64,000 nt of DNA from Eledone cirrhosa (taxonomy: Eukaryota), in assembly GCA_964016885.1 (NCBI GenBank), contig OZ024740.1, forward strand, positions 91,884,001-91,948,000. Reading direction: 5' to 3'. The notes under the pieces are model-generated. The model did not search any database and was not told the DNA's origin. It saw only the letters and a list, made by a program, of their open reading frames with translations. Position 1 is the stretch's first letter; every line of letters begins with the position of its first letter. The translations under genes and the position numbers were made by a program. Below are positions 26,460-39,529 of this stretch, one piece after another.

Positions 26460-29063
26460 TTACAGATATATACTCAGAGTAGGCCCATTCACTCGGGCCA
26501 TTCTTGCTTCTCTCACCCATCTTTCAACAAAATGCTGGGAAGAGAGCACTTCCCTCTCTACTCTGATTTTCCTTTTCAAATGAAATTTGAAAAAGTCAAT
26601 CAGAGCATCACGGAAGAGGTAAGTGCTCGTCTTCAGCCCTTTCAAACGTGTCCACCATACTATCTCTTTCGCCATGGCCACCAGACAGATAAAAACTGCC
26701 TGCCCTTTCAGGCATACCTTTCAGGCATAGCTTCCTCTTCGCCCATTTCTGGGTGAGAGAAGCCACCCTGCTCGTCACCTCGTCCCAGTTTTTGTCCGTC
26801 TGGAGGTCCGGACCGAACCAGACCACTAGCAATTTAACCGGTCCGTCCGTCCAGCGCCCGACGACGCTGTTGGACGGCATGGACCTGCCTCTCCAGGTGC
26901 CGAGCTGCAGGCCCACTGACTTTTCCTGGTTGATCATTGCTCCTGTCACCGCTTCGTATTCTCTTAGTGTAGTGCCGATCGCCTCGATGTGTTTGGCGTT
27001 CGACACCACTACGGTGACATCGTCCGCATATGCTGACACGGATCTTCCGCATCCTAATTCGCGCGGGACTCCCCTCAACGTCTCCAGTTTTTGCAGTAAT
27101 GGCTCGAGAGTCAATACGTACAAGAGGTACGAGAGGGGACATCTTGGCGGACCGAGCGCATGATGTTGAACGGTTCCGACAGGTGACCGTTCACTCTCAC
27201 CACAGAGCAGATGTCGCTGTGCATGGCAGCGATCCAGCCTCTGAAGACGGGCCCAAAGCCAGCCGCCCTCTGGACGGCGGCTAGGTAACGATGGTCGACC
27301 CTATCGAAAGCTTTCGACTGATCTAAATTGATCAAGGACCCACCCGTGCCAGGTTCCTTAGCTACCCTCTCTATGATGTATCGCATGAGGTGGAGGTTGT
27401 CATGGATGGATCTGTCGGGAATGGCGCATGTCTGCGCCTCTCCCACCAGACCACCAACGACAAGCGCCAACCTATTTGCTAGCACCTTGGCCAAAATCTT
27501 GAACTCTGTGTTTAGCAGAGTTATGGGCCGGAAATTGTCTATGTTATCCCCCTTGTTCGGATCCTTTCTCAGCAGTGCCACCGCTCCTCGGCTCACAGAA
27601 CTGGGAATTCTCCCGTTATGTTGCCAGTTGCAGTAGACGTCCGCCAAGAGGCCTCCGAACAAGTCTGGCATATGTACGTAAAGTTCATAGGGCAGACCAT
27701 CCAAACCAGGAGATTTACCCCTTGTGCAGCCAGTCATTGCCTCCCTTACTTCAGCGGCTGTTATCGCCTCAGTGGCCGAGAGCCGCGGCAGTCCGTCGAG
27801 GTAGACACTAAAGTCCATCCCTCTACCAGGCCCACCGCTGCCCCCGAACAGCTGAGCGAAGTGTCGCTGAAAAGCTTCACACATTTGCCCGGGATCGAGT
27901 AGCATGCGCCCGTCGTGGTCCACCAAAGACCGGATCGTGGCTTTGTTGCCACGACGCGCCTCCGCCACTCGGGCCCATTGAACGGCTTTCATCCCCTCGT
28001 GTCTGAGAGTACGCACCCTTGCTCTGACAACGCAGCCTTCGTGCTTTGCATTGAAGAATTGGTCAAGGGCCAATTTCGCCGCAAGCACGTCGGTCGCAAT
28101 GCCTTTGCTAAGCGCCTCATCTAATTTTCTAACTAGTTCTCCCTCTGCTCTATTTTTCTCTATTGCTAAAGCCTTACTAAACCTAATCGATTCTATTCTA
28201 ATCGCTCTTTTCAGAGCAAACCACCACTTGTTGTTGAAGATGGCCCCCGTCAACGCCCGCTTAACTAGTTCGCTAATCCGGTCTCTGTAGGCCATGCGCG
28301 CTGGTAAGGACGCGTTTAGCTTCCAGTAGCCGGGTCCTCGTCTATGAAGCCTATCTAAGTCAAGCACACATATCACGAATTTGTGGTCCGTGTAGCTGAC
28401 TATCTTGAATTGTGGACAGCCTATGCTAGACCTATCTATTTCCCTACAAAATACTCTATCTAGATATGATCTGGATGACCCTATGCGGTTTGTCCAAGTC
28501 CACATTGGCACATTCGGGAAATCCAATCGGTACATGTTAGACAGTTCAAAACGTCTGAGCAGGTTGGTGAGGCTCTTGCACCCTCCACCCCTATCCGCTA
28601 ATCCCACACAGTCCCAGCGTGCATCTAAGATCCCGTTCCAGTCGCCCACTAACACTAAAGAGCGGGACGTTCCAAGAAAGGTCTCCAGACGCCGGAAGAA
28701 ATCAGGCCGCCCTGCTCCTGTCGGGGCATAGACGGCCACCAGCCTGAAAGCTTGCCCGTCTCCGCTGGTCCCGTCCAGCACCACCAGCTTACCCTCTGGG
28801 TCCAGGAAGATGGCCCGTATGACGAGATCTAAACCTCTCCGAAAAAGCACAGCAACTCCTCCACCCGATCCAGGACGGCTGGGAGATGCGTACACATCGT
28901 AGCCGCCGAAGATCGGTGCGAAAGCCTGTGCTTCGGAGATTCTGGTCTCGCTGATGGCCACTACATCTATGTTTAGTGACCTGAGGTCGTTGAGCAGGTG
29001 GCCCTGCTTCCATGACGACCCCAAGCCACGCGCATTTATGCTGCCTATTCTGAGTGAGGTCAT
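26460..29063 (-). pseudogene. T2 ORF2: apurinic-type endonuclease plus reverse transcriptase
   Basis: 650-aa open stretch with GSINARGL, AISET, VYAP, VGDWN, SYLDR, YTDH, KSPGLDG, FRPITLLN, DQSKAFD; YADD in the next frame. Confidence 0.9.
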
Positions 29064-29097
29064 GTTGAAAAGGAGTGGAAAAGATGGGAAAGACCAC

Positions 29098-30930
29098 TTA
29101 CCTTACTTCTCGTAGGGGAAGGACGGTTTTTCCATCCTTTTCACTGCTTGTGGCCTCCTCAGGAAGGATGTCCTTATAAATCCTCCTGGAGAGTGCTTGT
29201 CGGGAGTCTCCGATGTCTTTGGGGAATTTTTGTTTTAGTGCCATGTACGTTTTCTGTGTGATGCGAGTGATTTGTATGTGTGGAGGTGGTGTGCATTTTG
29301 GGGTTGTTGTGTAGTCTTTTTCTGTGATGCTGGTGTTGTGTTGGATGTAGTGTAATAATTGCTTGTTGTTCAAATTTAATGCTGTGTAGTGTGTATCGTT
29401 TTGGCTGTTTTGTTTTGTTTGCGTTTGTTGTGGGTTTGTTTCTGTTTTGCATGCTGGTGACTTTTGTGGTGTAGGTGATGGTGGTGTTGGGGTTTGGGTT
29501 GATGGGGTTGGTGATGCTGGTGTGGATGGTGGCATATCTGTCCTAACTTTTTTGTTTCTTAATTTATTTGTTTCCCTCTGTATTTTGTTTTTGGAGGGGG
29601 AAGGAAGAGAATTTTTTCATTTTTGGTTTCTTTTTTTTTTCCGGATATCGTTTCCCACTCCCCGTCGTCACAATCTGTCTCCAGTTGTGATAGGCCGAGG
29701 AGTGGAAATTCCTCCACAGCCTTGAGTTTTGGTTGTGGTGTGATGGATGGTGTAGGCGCTGGTGCTAGTTCTGAAGCGTTGGGTGGTGGTGGTGTTGGTT
29801 TTGCTGGTTGTGGTGGTGGTGTTGGTTTTGCTACTGTTGCTGGGGTTGTTGCTGTTATAGTTGCTTCTGTTGTTGCTGCTACAGTTGTTGCTGCCATCTC
29901 TGCCACTGGTGGTGTTGATGGTTGTGTCACTGTGGTGGGTAGGAGAGGTGGCCTCAACCTTTTAGACTGAGGGCAGAAAGCCCTTAGGTGGGTTCCTTCA
30001 CCACAAACGACACACCTAGGTCTTCTGCCCTCTACAATTACCGTGAGGTGGCTGCCGTCAGTGAGGTCTATTACCTCTGGGATCTCCTCAATGCTTTTTT
30101 GGTCCGCTTGTATCAGGAGCTCCATCCCAGATCCGGACCAGTTTTCCTGCTTTTCTTTTGCTATTGCTATTATTTTCGTGTTGGCTTCGATGCCGGCGAG
30201 GAAGGCCGCTATTAGCCAGGGAATTTCGATGACCGGTGGAAAGTGGGTCACCCTGATCATTACGAGTCTCTGGCCACAATAGCTTGGGACGAGTGTGAAG
30301 TCGTCACTTTTTAATGGGGCCATGGAGTGTTCTCTAGCCTCCTCTGGTGTTTCAAAGAACACGTCCACGGTTCCATACTTTTGCCCACGTCTGATGTGGG
30401 TTTTTCTTGCCCTAACATGTCCCAAAGCTTTTTGGATTTGGGACTCGGATGCCCGTTCCACTCGGCGCGATTTTACATTTATTGTTCTATACGACACGGT
30501 GCATAGGCTCCGATGCTCCATTTTATTAGGTGGGGGTGAGGCTGACCCTGTACCCATCTTTCTTTACCATTTGTTTGACATTTTCTAATTCCTCCTGAGT
30601 TACCGTATATGCTTCGAACTGTTTTGCTACTATTGCAAAACTGAGGGGCGTTTTTATAATGTCATTGTTGTTGTTGTTGCTATCGTTATTTGTGTTAATA
30701 TTAATTTTGGTTTCAGTTGGGGTGGTGGTGACGTCAGTAGTCTTTGGTTCGGAAGAGTCCATTTTGCTTGATTTCATTTCGACATCACGAGTTAATTTAT
30801 GTTTTTCTTCTTTTGTTTCTGTTGTCGCGGTGGTGGTGGTGGTGGTGGTTGTCACGGTGGTGGTGGTGGTGGTGAGGATTTAACACCTGCAGTCATTGGT
30901 AATGGCGGGAAATGAATGTCTGCCTGAGAC
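29098..30930 (-). pseudogene. T2 ORF1: gag-like RNA-binding protein with CCHC knuckle
   Basis: Thr-rich N-terminus, RRM-like middle, CVVCGEGTHLRAFC, Pro/Thr-rich tail; split into three ORF-track pieces. Confidence 0.8.
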
Positions 30931-31276
30931 AAATATAAAATATTGCTAGTGCTTATATTTTTTGTTCGTGTTGGCAAACGTAGTAACATTTACAATGGTG
31001 GTGTCGGTGTGAGGTGTTAATTTGTGAGGAAGGCTTTCAGCTGCTTCGTGCAGAGGTGAATTAGCCATTTTTTTCAAAGAAATTTATTTGATAATAATAA
31101 AAGTTTAAATTTTGGGCACAAGGGCCCAATCTTTGTGGGTGTCCTTTTCGGAAAACAATGTATGTGCGCTTATAAACAGTTAACAATAACATTTTCCATA
31201 AATGACAATTTTTAACAAACGGAAATAACAAACCTTTGCGGAGCTCACGATGATACGATTTACTACGTAGGTCGCC

Positions 31277-31327
<51 letters not shown>
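31277..31327. repeat. (TAA)n between the T2 5' end and the T3 3' end
   Basis: Directly visible. Confidence 0.97.
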
Positions 31328-31328
<1 letters not shown>

Positions 31329-31570
31329 TTTTCTTTATTAACCACAAGGGTTCACATAAAGTAGACATTAAGGACAGTACAGGACAATACAGGACGGTAC
31401 AAATGGGCATTTCTGCGTGTAAAAAAACAGAGGTTGAAATAAAATAACAAAGAAAAATTCCCCAATAGGGGGGAGACTTCCAAGGGACATTTGTGGAGAA
31501 AGCCCATTAAAAGACCACAGTGGCACTGACCACCAGGGCAAGTGCCCTCTCCCAGTTTTCCACCTTTAAG

Positions 31571-34500
31571 TTACAGACACATACTCAGAGAAGGCCCATT
31601 CATTCGGGCCATACTTGCTTCTCTCACCCATCTTTCAACAAAATGCCGGGAAGAGAGCACTTCCCTCTCTACCCTGGTTTTCCTTTTCAAATGAAATTTG
31701 AAAAAGTTAATCACGGCATCACCGAAGAGGTAAGTGCTCGTCTTCAGCCCTTTCAAACGTGTCCACCATACTATCTCTTTCGCCATGGCCACCAGACAGA
31801 TAAAAACTGCCTGCCCTTCCAGGCTAAAGGAAGGGGGCGGGGCAATCCTCACGATGGACTCAGCTGATAGCTGGATCCGTCCTACACGTGACAGCAGGTG
31901 TTCGACATAAACCCACAAGTCAGCAATGCTCGGACACTGGACGAGTGCGTGCAGGACGGTTTCGTCGCCCTGCGCGCATCTCGGACATGCCCGGCTGACG
32001 GCACCTCCATGCCTGTAGAATTTATCCCGAACTGGCAAAGCTCCTCGGTAGCACTGCCAGGCCAGGGATTTCTGGAAGTTGTCCATAGGTCCCGGCCCGA
32101 AAGTCCTTCCGAAGAGATTGGCTACTTGATTTTCGTCGACGCCTAGAGTTTCTCCAAGTACGTCGTCGCTCTTCCCCTCCACTAATCCCCTATAGAACAC
32201 CAAGGTGGAGTTTCCACCGATCACATTGCCCGATTGGTCGATGGCTGTGAGCGCCTGAAGACATTCCAGTCTCCAAGCGCTCCCTCTCGGTCTTCGCTTG
32301 AACTAGGACTGCAGCTCCGTCAAGGAGTCGAGCTGGGGAAAAACGTGTCTTGCAAACGGCGACCACACCTGATCACGGTCGAGGAAGAGGTGGAGATGTC
32401 GTAGCCTGAGCGCGTGTCTGCGCATCATCAGCCACGGCATGCCCAGCCCTCCACGTAGCGGGTGTTGACAGCAGATGAACCGCCTGACCATCGGAGCGCG
32501 TCCCTTCCACAAGAAGCGAAAGAGCAAACGCTCCAGCGCAGTCAGGCGGGGCTTAGGACAAGGTACGACGGTCAGCCGGTAGTAGATGACAGATGTGATG
32601 TACGCATTCGCCACCTCCGCTCGACCTTTCAGGGATAGCTTCCTCTCGGCCCATTTATGGGTGAGATAAGCCACCCTGCTCGTCACCTCGTCCCAGTTTT
32701 TGTCCGTCTGGAGGTCTGGACCGAACCAGACCCCTAGCAATTTAACCGGTCCGTCCGTCCAGCGCCCGACGACGCTGTTGGACGGCATGGACCTGCCTCT
32801 CCAGGTGCCGAGCTGCAGGCCCACTGACTTTTCCTGGTTGATCATTGCTCCTGTCACCGCTTCGTATTCTCTTAGTGTAGTGCCGATCGCCTCGATGTGT
32901 TTGGCGTTCGACACCACTACGGTGACATCGTCGGCATATGCTGACACGGATCTTCCGCATCCTAGTTCGCGCGGGACCCCCCTCAACGTCTCCAGTTTGT
33001 GCAGTAATGGCTCGAGAGTCAATACGTACAATAGGGACGAGAGGGGACATCCTTGGCGGACCGAGCGCATGATGTTGAACGGTTCCGAAAGGTGACCGTT
33101 CACTCTCACTACAGAGCAGATGTCGCTGTGCATGGCAGCGATCCAGCCTCTGAAGACGGGCCCAAAGCCAGCCGCCCTCAGGACTGCCGTTAGGTAACGA
33201 TGGTCGACCCTATCGAAAGCTTTCGACTGATCTAAATTGATCAAAGACCCACCCGTGCCAGGTTCCCTAGCTACCCTCTCTACGATGTATCGCATGAGGT
33301 GGAGGTTGTCGTGGATGGATCTGTCGGGAATGGCGCATGTCTGTGCCTCTCCCACCAGACCACCAACGACAAGCGCCAACCTCTTTGCTAGCACCTTGGC
33401 CAAAATCTTGAACTCTGTGTTTAGCAGAGTTATGGGCCTAAAATTATCTATGTTATCCCCCTTGTTCGAATCCTTTCTCAGCAGCGCCACCGCTCCTCGG
33501 CTCACAGAGCTGGGAATTCTCCCGTTCTATTGCCAGTTGCAGTAGACGTCCGCCAAGAGGCCTCCGAACAAGTTTGGCATTTGTACGTAAAGTTCATAGG
33601 GCAGACCATCCAAACCAGGCGATTTACCCCTTGTGCAACTAGTCATTGCATCCCGTACTTCAGCGGTTGTTATCGGCTTTTCGCAACACTCCGCCTCAGT
33701 GGCCGAAAGCCGCGGCAGTCCGTCGAGGTAGACACTAAAGTCCATCCCACGATCCGCCCCGCCACTGCCCCCGAACAGTTGAGCGAAGTGTCGCTGAAAA
33801 GCTTCACACATTTGCCCGGGATCGAGTAGCATGCGCCCGTCGTGGTCCACCAAAGACCGGATCATGGCTTTGTTGCCACGACGCGCCTCCGCCACTCGGG
33901 CCCATTGAACGGCTTTCGTCCCCTCGTGTCTGAGAGCACGCACCCTAGCTCTGACAACGCAGCCTTCGTGCTTTGCATTGAAGAATTGGTCAAGGGCCAA
34001 TTTCGCCGCAAGTACGTCGGTCGCGATGCCTTTGCTAAGCGCCTCATCTAATTTTCTAACTAATTCTCCCTCTGCTCTATTTTTCTCTATTGCTAAAGTC
34101 TTACTAAACCTAAAGGACTCTATTCTAATTGCTCTTTTCAGAGCAAACCACCACTTGTTGTTGACGATGGCCCCCGTCAACGGCCGCTTAACTAGTTCGC
34201 TAATCCGGTCTCTGTAGGCCTTGCGCGCTGGTAAGGACGCGTTTAGCTTCCAGTAGCCGAGTCCTTGTCTATGAAGCCTATCTAAGTCAAGCACACAGAT
34301 CACGAATTTGTGGTCCGTGTAGCTGACTATCTTGAATTGTGGACAGCCTATGCTAGACCTATCTATTTCCAAATACTCTATCTAGATATGATCTGGATGA
34401 CCCTATGCGATTTGTCCAAGTCCACATTGGTACATTCGGGAAATCCATTCTGTACCTGTCAGACAGTTCAAAACGTCTGAGCAGGTTGGTGAGACTCTTG

Positions 34501-34985
34501 AACCCTCCTTCCCTATCGATTAATCCCACACAATCCCAGCGTGCATCTAAGATCCGGTTCCAGCCGCCCACTAACACTAAAGAGCGGGACGTTCCAAGAA
34601 AGGTCTCCAGACGCCGGAAGAAATCAGGCCGCCCTGCTCCTGTCGGGGCATAGACGGCCACTAACCTGAAAGCTAGCACGTCTCCGCTGGTCACGTCCAG
34701 CACGACCAACTTACCTTCTGGGTCCAGAAAGATGGCCCGTATGGCAAGATCCAAACCTCTCCGAAAAAGCACAACAACTCCTCCCCTCGATCCCGGACGG
34801 CTGGGAGATGCGTACACATCGTAGCCGCCGAAGATCGGTGCGAAAGCCTGTGCTTCCGAGATTCTGGTCTCGCTGACGGCCACTACATCTATGTTTAGTG
34901 ACCTGAGGTCGTTGAGCAGGTGGCCTTGCTTCCATGACGACCCCAAGCCACGCGCATTTATGCTGCCTATTCTGAGTGAGGTCAT
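31571..34985 (-). pseudogene. T3 ORF2 (~1140 aa): APE, RT and C-terminal CCHC; interrupted
   Basis: ORF pieces 34359-35018, 33527-34372, 32303-33505, 31571-32224; SVRQGCPLS, YADD, CPRCAQGDETVLHALVQC. Confidence 0.9.
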
Positions 34986-35018
34986 GTTGAAAAGGAGTGG
35001 AAAAGATGGGAAAACCAC

Positions 35019-36866
35019 TTACCTTACTTCTCGTAGGGGAAGGACGGTTTTTCCATCCTTTTCACTGCTTGTGGCCTCTTCAGGAAGGATGTCCTTATAA
35101 ATCCTCCTGGAGAGTGCTTGTCGGAAGTCTCCGATGTTTTTGGGGAATTTTTTGTTTTAGTGTCATGTACGTTTTCTGTGTGATGCGAGTGATTTGTATG
35201 TGTTGAGGTGGTGTGAATTTTGGGGTTGTTGTGTAGTCTTTTTCTGTGATGCTGGTGTTGTGTTGGATGTAGTGCAATAATTGCTTGTTGTTCAAATTTA
35301 ATGCTGTGTAGTGTGTATCGTTTTGGTTGTTTTGTTTTGTTTGCGTTTGTTGTGGGTTTGTTTCTGTTTCGCATTTTGGTGACTTTTGTGGTGTAGGTGA
35401 TGGTGGTGTTGGAGTTAATGATGGTGATGGTGTTGGTGTTTGGGTTGATGGGGTTGGTGATGCTGGTGTGGATGGTGGCATATCTGTCCTAACTTTTTTG
35501 TTTCTTAGTTTATTTGTTTCCCTCTGTATTTTGTTTTTGGAAGGGGAAGGAAGAGAATTTTTTCTTTTTTGGTTTCTTTTTTTTTTCCGGATATCGTTTC
35601 CCACTCCTCGTCGTCACAATCTGTCTCCAGTTGTGATAGGCCGGGGAGTGGAAAATCCTCCACAGCCGTTAGTTTTGGTTGTGGTGTGGTGGATGGTGTA
35701 GGCGCTGGTGCTAGTTCTGAAGCGTTGGGTGGTGGTGGTGTTGGTTTTGCTGGTGGTGGTAGTGGTGTTGGTTTTGCTACTTTTGCTGGGGTTGTTGCTG
35801 TTATAGTTGCTTCTGTTGTTGCTGCTACAGTTGTTGCTGCCATCTCTGCTACTGGTGGTGTTGATGGTTGTGTCACTGGGGTGGGTAGGAGAGGTGGCCT
35901 CAACCTTTTAGCCTGAGGGCAGAAAGCCCTTAGGTGGGTTCCTTCACCACAAACGACACACCTAGGTCTTCTGCCCTCGACAATTACCGTGAGGTGGCTG
36001 CCGTCGTTGAGGTCTATTACCTCTGGGATCTCCTCAATGCTTTTTTGGTCCGCTTGGATCAGGAGCTCCATCCCAGATCCGGACCAGTTTTCCTGCTTTT
36101 CTTTTGCTACTGCTATTATTTTCGTGTTAGCTTCGATGCCGGCGAGGACAGCCGCTATTAGCCAGGGAATTTCGATGGCCGGTGGAACGTGGGTCACCCT
36201 GATCTTTACGAGTCTCTGGCCACAATAGCTTGGGACGAGTGTGAGGTCGTCACTTTTTAATGGGGCCATGGAGTGTTCTCTAGCCTCCTCTGGTGTTTCA
36301 AAGAACACATCCACGGTTCCATACTTTTGCCCACGTCTGATGTGGGTTTTTCTTGCCCACACATGTCCCAAAGCTTTTTGGATTTGGGACTCGGATGCCC
36401 GTTCCACTCGGCGCGATTTTACATTTATTGTTCTATACGACACGGTGCACAGGCGACGATGCTCCATTTTATTAGGTGGGGGGGTGAGGCTGACCCTGTA
36501 CCCATCTTTCTTTACCATTTGTTTGGCATTTTCTAAATCTTCTTGAGTTACCGTGAACGCTTCGAATTGTTTTGCTACGATGGCGAAACTGAGGGTCGGT
36601 TTTATAATGTCATTGTTGTTGTTGTTGCTATCGTTAATATTAATTTTATTTTCAGTTGTGGTGGTTGTGGTGACGTCAGTCGTCTTTGGTGGGGAAGAGT
36701 CCATTTTGCTTGATTTCATTTCGACGTCACGATTTAATTTATTTTTTTCTTCTTTTGTTTCTGTTGTCGCGGTGGTGGTGGTGGTTGTCGCGGTGGTGGT
36801 GGTGGTGGAGGGTTTAACACCTGCAGGCATTGGTAATGGCGGGAAATGAATGTCTGCCTGAGACAA
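35019..36866 (-). pseudogene. T3 ORF1, gag-like, CX2CX4HX4C knuckle
   Basis: 453-aa ORF 36866-35505 continuing in shifted frames at A-runs to ...LREVR*. Confidence 0.82.
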
Positions 36867-37209
36867 ATTTAAAATATTGCTACTGCTTATATTTTTTTTG
36901 TGTTGGCAAACGTAGTAACATTTACAATGGTGGTGTCGGTGTGAGGTGTTATTTTGTGAGGAAGGCTTTCAGCTGCTTCGTGCAGAGGGGAATTAGCCAT
37001 TTTTTTTCAAAGAAAATTTTGGATAATAATAAAAGTTAAAATGTTGGGCACAAGGCCCCAATCTTTTTGGGTGTTCTTTTCGGAAAACAATGTATGTGTG
37101 CTTATAAACAGTTTACAATAAAATTTTCCATAAATGGCAATTTTTAAACAAACGGAAATAACAAACCTTTGCGGAGCTCACGATAATACGATTTCCTACG
37201 TAGGTCGCC

Positions 37210-37296
<87 letters not shown>

Positions 37297-37298
37297 AA
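37210..37298 (+). repeat. Compound (TAA)n(GAA)n microsatellite
   Basis: Directly visible. Confidence 0.97.
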
Positions 37299-39416
37299 AG
37301 GGAATTGTTCCTAATCATTACTGTGGATAAAACAATTATAAGTAGCATAGCGTAGAGTTCATTCTATTCATAGAGGTATCTTGTAAAGACAAAACAAGAT
37401 AAATATTATAGAAATTAACAGGATACAAACATGACTATAAATAGTTATATATGAATTTTGCTTTCAGTATAAAGCACAGTACCTTCAGGCGTCCCGTAAC
37501 AGATGCGGAAGATTTCCCTAAATGTTGACACCAAATGTTCACTTCTTTCAATGTAAGGAAAATAAAAAAAATTAAAAAGACATGACTTTATCAGAAATAG
37601 AACCGATTCTCTTATTTTGTAAATGCAATATATTTGTTTAAATTCTATATTTGGAATACAATTACACGTTAAAAAAAACATGTCCATAGAATCGATTATT
37701 AGCAATAACATGCCTGTATTTAATATTTAACAGTCATGTAACCCGGGATAATTGTTGGGTTATTTTTTATCGTGTTGAAAAACGATTATCACAAGGAAAA
37801 CCGATGACGAAATATATTGTCTGGTTTATGTCAATTAAATTTAAAATTTCCTAATAGCGTGTTCTATACTTTTTAGATGTGGAATATCGTACAGCTTAAC
37901 CATTCCACACTCCATATGTTGAATTACACATCCGTATATTAAAAACAATACATATTGTTTTTCAGAAATTATTTTTATCCATGTATTTTATCATTATTTT
38001 AGTTTCTTTTCTACTGTTAACTATTCCTAAAGGACAATAAAATACCTCCCTGAAATTGTTTAAATATAGTCAGCAACATGTTACTCTTAGCTTCCTTTTA
38101 TGTCTTGCAGTACACTTTACTTTGGAATTATTATTTTATTTTTCAAAATTCCTGACTGTATTTATCGTCGTAAAATCGACGATAACCACAGTAAATGAAA
38201 ATAATTATATTTTAAAGGAAATCGATATTTACAGTTACCTAATGAATCATGAATGCCATTTTGTCTGAATAATATCACAAATATCAATTTCTTCTATACA
38301 TAATGTAATATACGAAAGGGAATATATAGGGTAGAATGTAAATACAACGCTGTAGATAAGGAGAAAACTATAGGGTATTAATGTGAATTATAATATTATA
38401 AAGTCGCTGACCCATGATTTAACACGCCTCCCATAGGTACTAAAACGTGTTACGCACTATATAACTTCTTTCAGTCAAGATTGCAGTTACAATAAGTTGG
38501 TGTCAACAATACAGGGGAAATAATCCTATTAGAATCGCTGTTCGGTTGCAAAGGATAATTTATTATATTGAATGACAATACATATCTAAAATTCAATTAT
38601 TATTATATCGTACGTTTGTAATACATAAAATGAACTTCGGAAAGTGATACATTCATTGAATTGAGACAATGTTATTATGGAACTTCATTCTATACACTAT
38701 TTATATAACCTTTGTATAGATTATAGCATTTACATTCTAATTCCAGTGAATCACTTATACACTTGTCTAAGCATTTTAGATGAATATATTTGTATTCATC
38801 AGTTACACCGCCAGACAAATATTAGTCAAAATTTTACGTCGCATATTTTCTCACAATCAATTTTGCTTTTAAACACGGAATCAAAGGCAACCACAGATGC
38901 TGGTGTTCCGAGAAATGTACTTGTATTATTTTACTCTCACCAACTGGAAAAAGAAAATAATTCCACTACTGCTAGATGATTACGATGCACATGTAGCGCC
39001 TGTTTGTATGTTACAGACTTTTGTCCATTCTTGATTCGTTTTTACCATGTTTATAAAATGCAGCAATAAATGTCCACACCCATATCTCAAACAGATGCAA
39101 TGGTGTAGAAAGAGTATTCTACTAAAACTGTTCACAAAAATTGATACATACTTATCTTTTCCAAGGCTAAAAAAGCCTACAAGATAAAACGACTCATTTT
39201 TCTGGAACAACAATATCTCCTGCAAATACCAAGACTAGTATTACGAGAAAATGAAGGAAGATGCCACACTAAAAATAGCATTGGTGAGATGAACGTAAAG
39301 ACGTACAATATATGACCATAACGAAAGCCATGCAGAACTGAAATGCATTAGTCATTCGGAAGATATACATGAAAACCTAGAATATATTAAAACATAAGGT
39401 GCAAATGATATAGTAC

Positions 39417-39495
39417 CGATCTATCTATCTCTCTATCTCTATCTATCTATCTATCTCTTCGCTCTTTCTTTCTCTCTCGTTCTCTCTTCCTCTCT
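39417..39495 (+). repeat. (TATC)n/(TC)n low-complexity tract
   Basis: Directly visible. Confidence 0.85.
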
Positions 39496-39529
39496 GTTCA
39501 CAAATATTATATAGTTGTTTCATCCACTT

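Larger units (their letters stand above)
26199..31276 (-). mobile_element. Tx1-like element T2, complete ends, ~0.8 kb deletion in 3' ORF2
   Basis: 5' end ggcgacctacg matches T3; ORF1 ~30930-29098; ORF2 from 29063; deletion junction at ~26706-26730. Confidence 0.92.
31328..37209 (-). mobile_element. Tx1-like element T3, full length (~5.9 kb), few lesions
   Basis: 5' UTR 37209-36867, ORF1, ORF2, 3' UTR with AATAAA and (ATT)n; TTA tracts on both sides. Confidence 0.93.

Noticed and set aside
37468-37552. Possible exon between tttcag and gtaagg
   Set aside because: Stops in all three frames and no partner exons.
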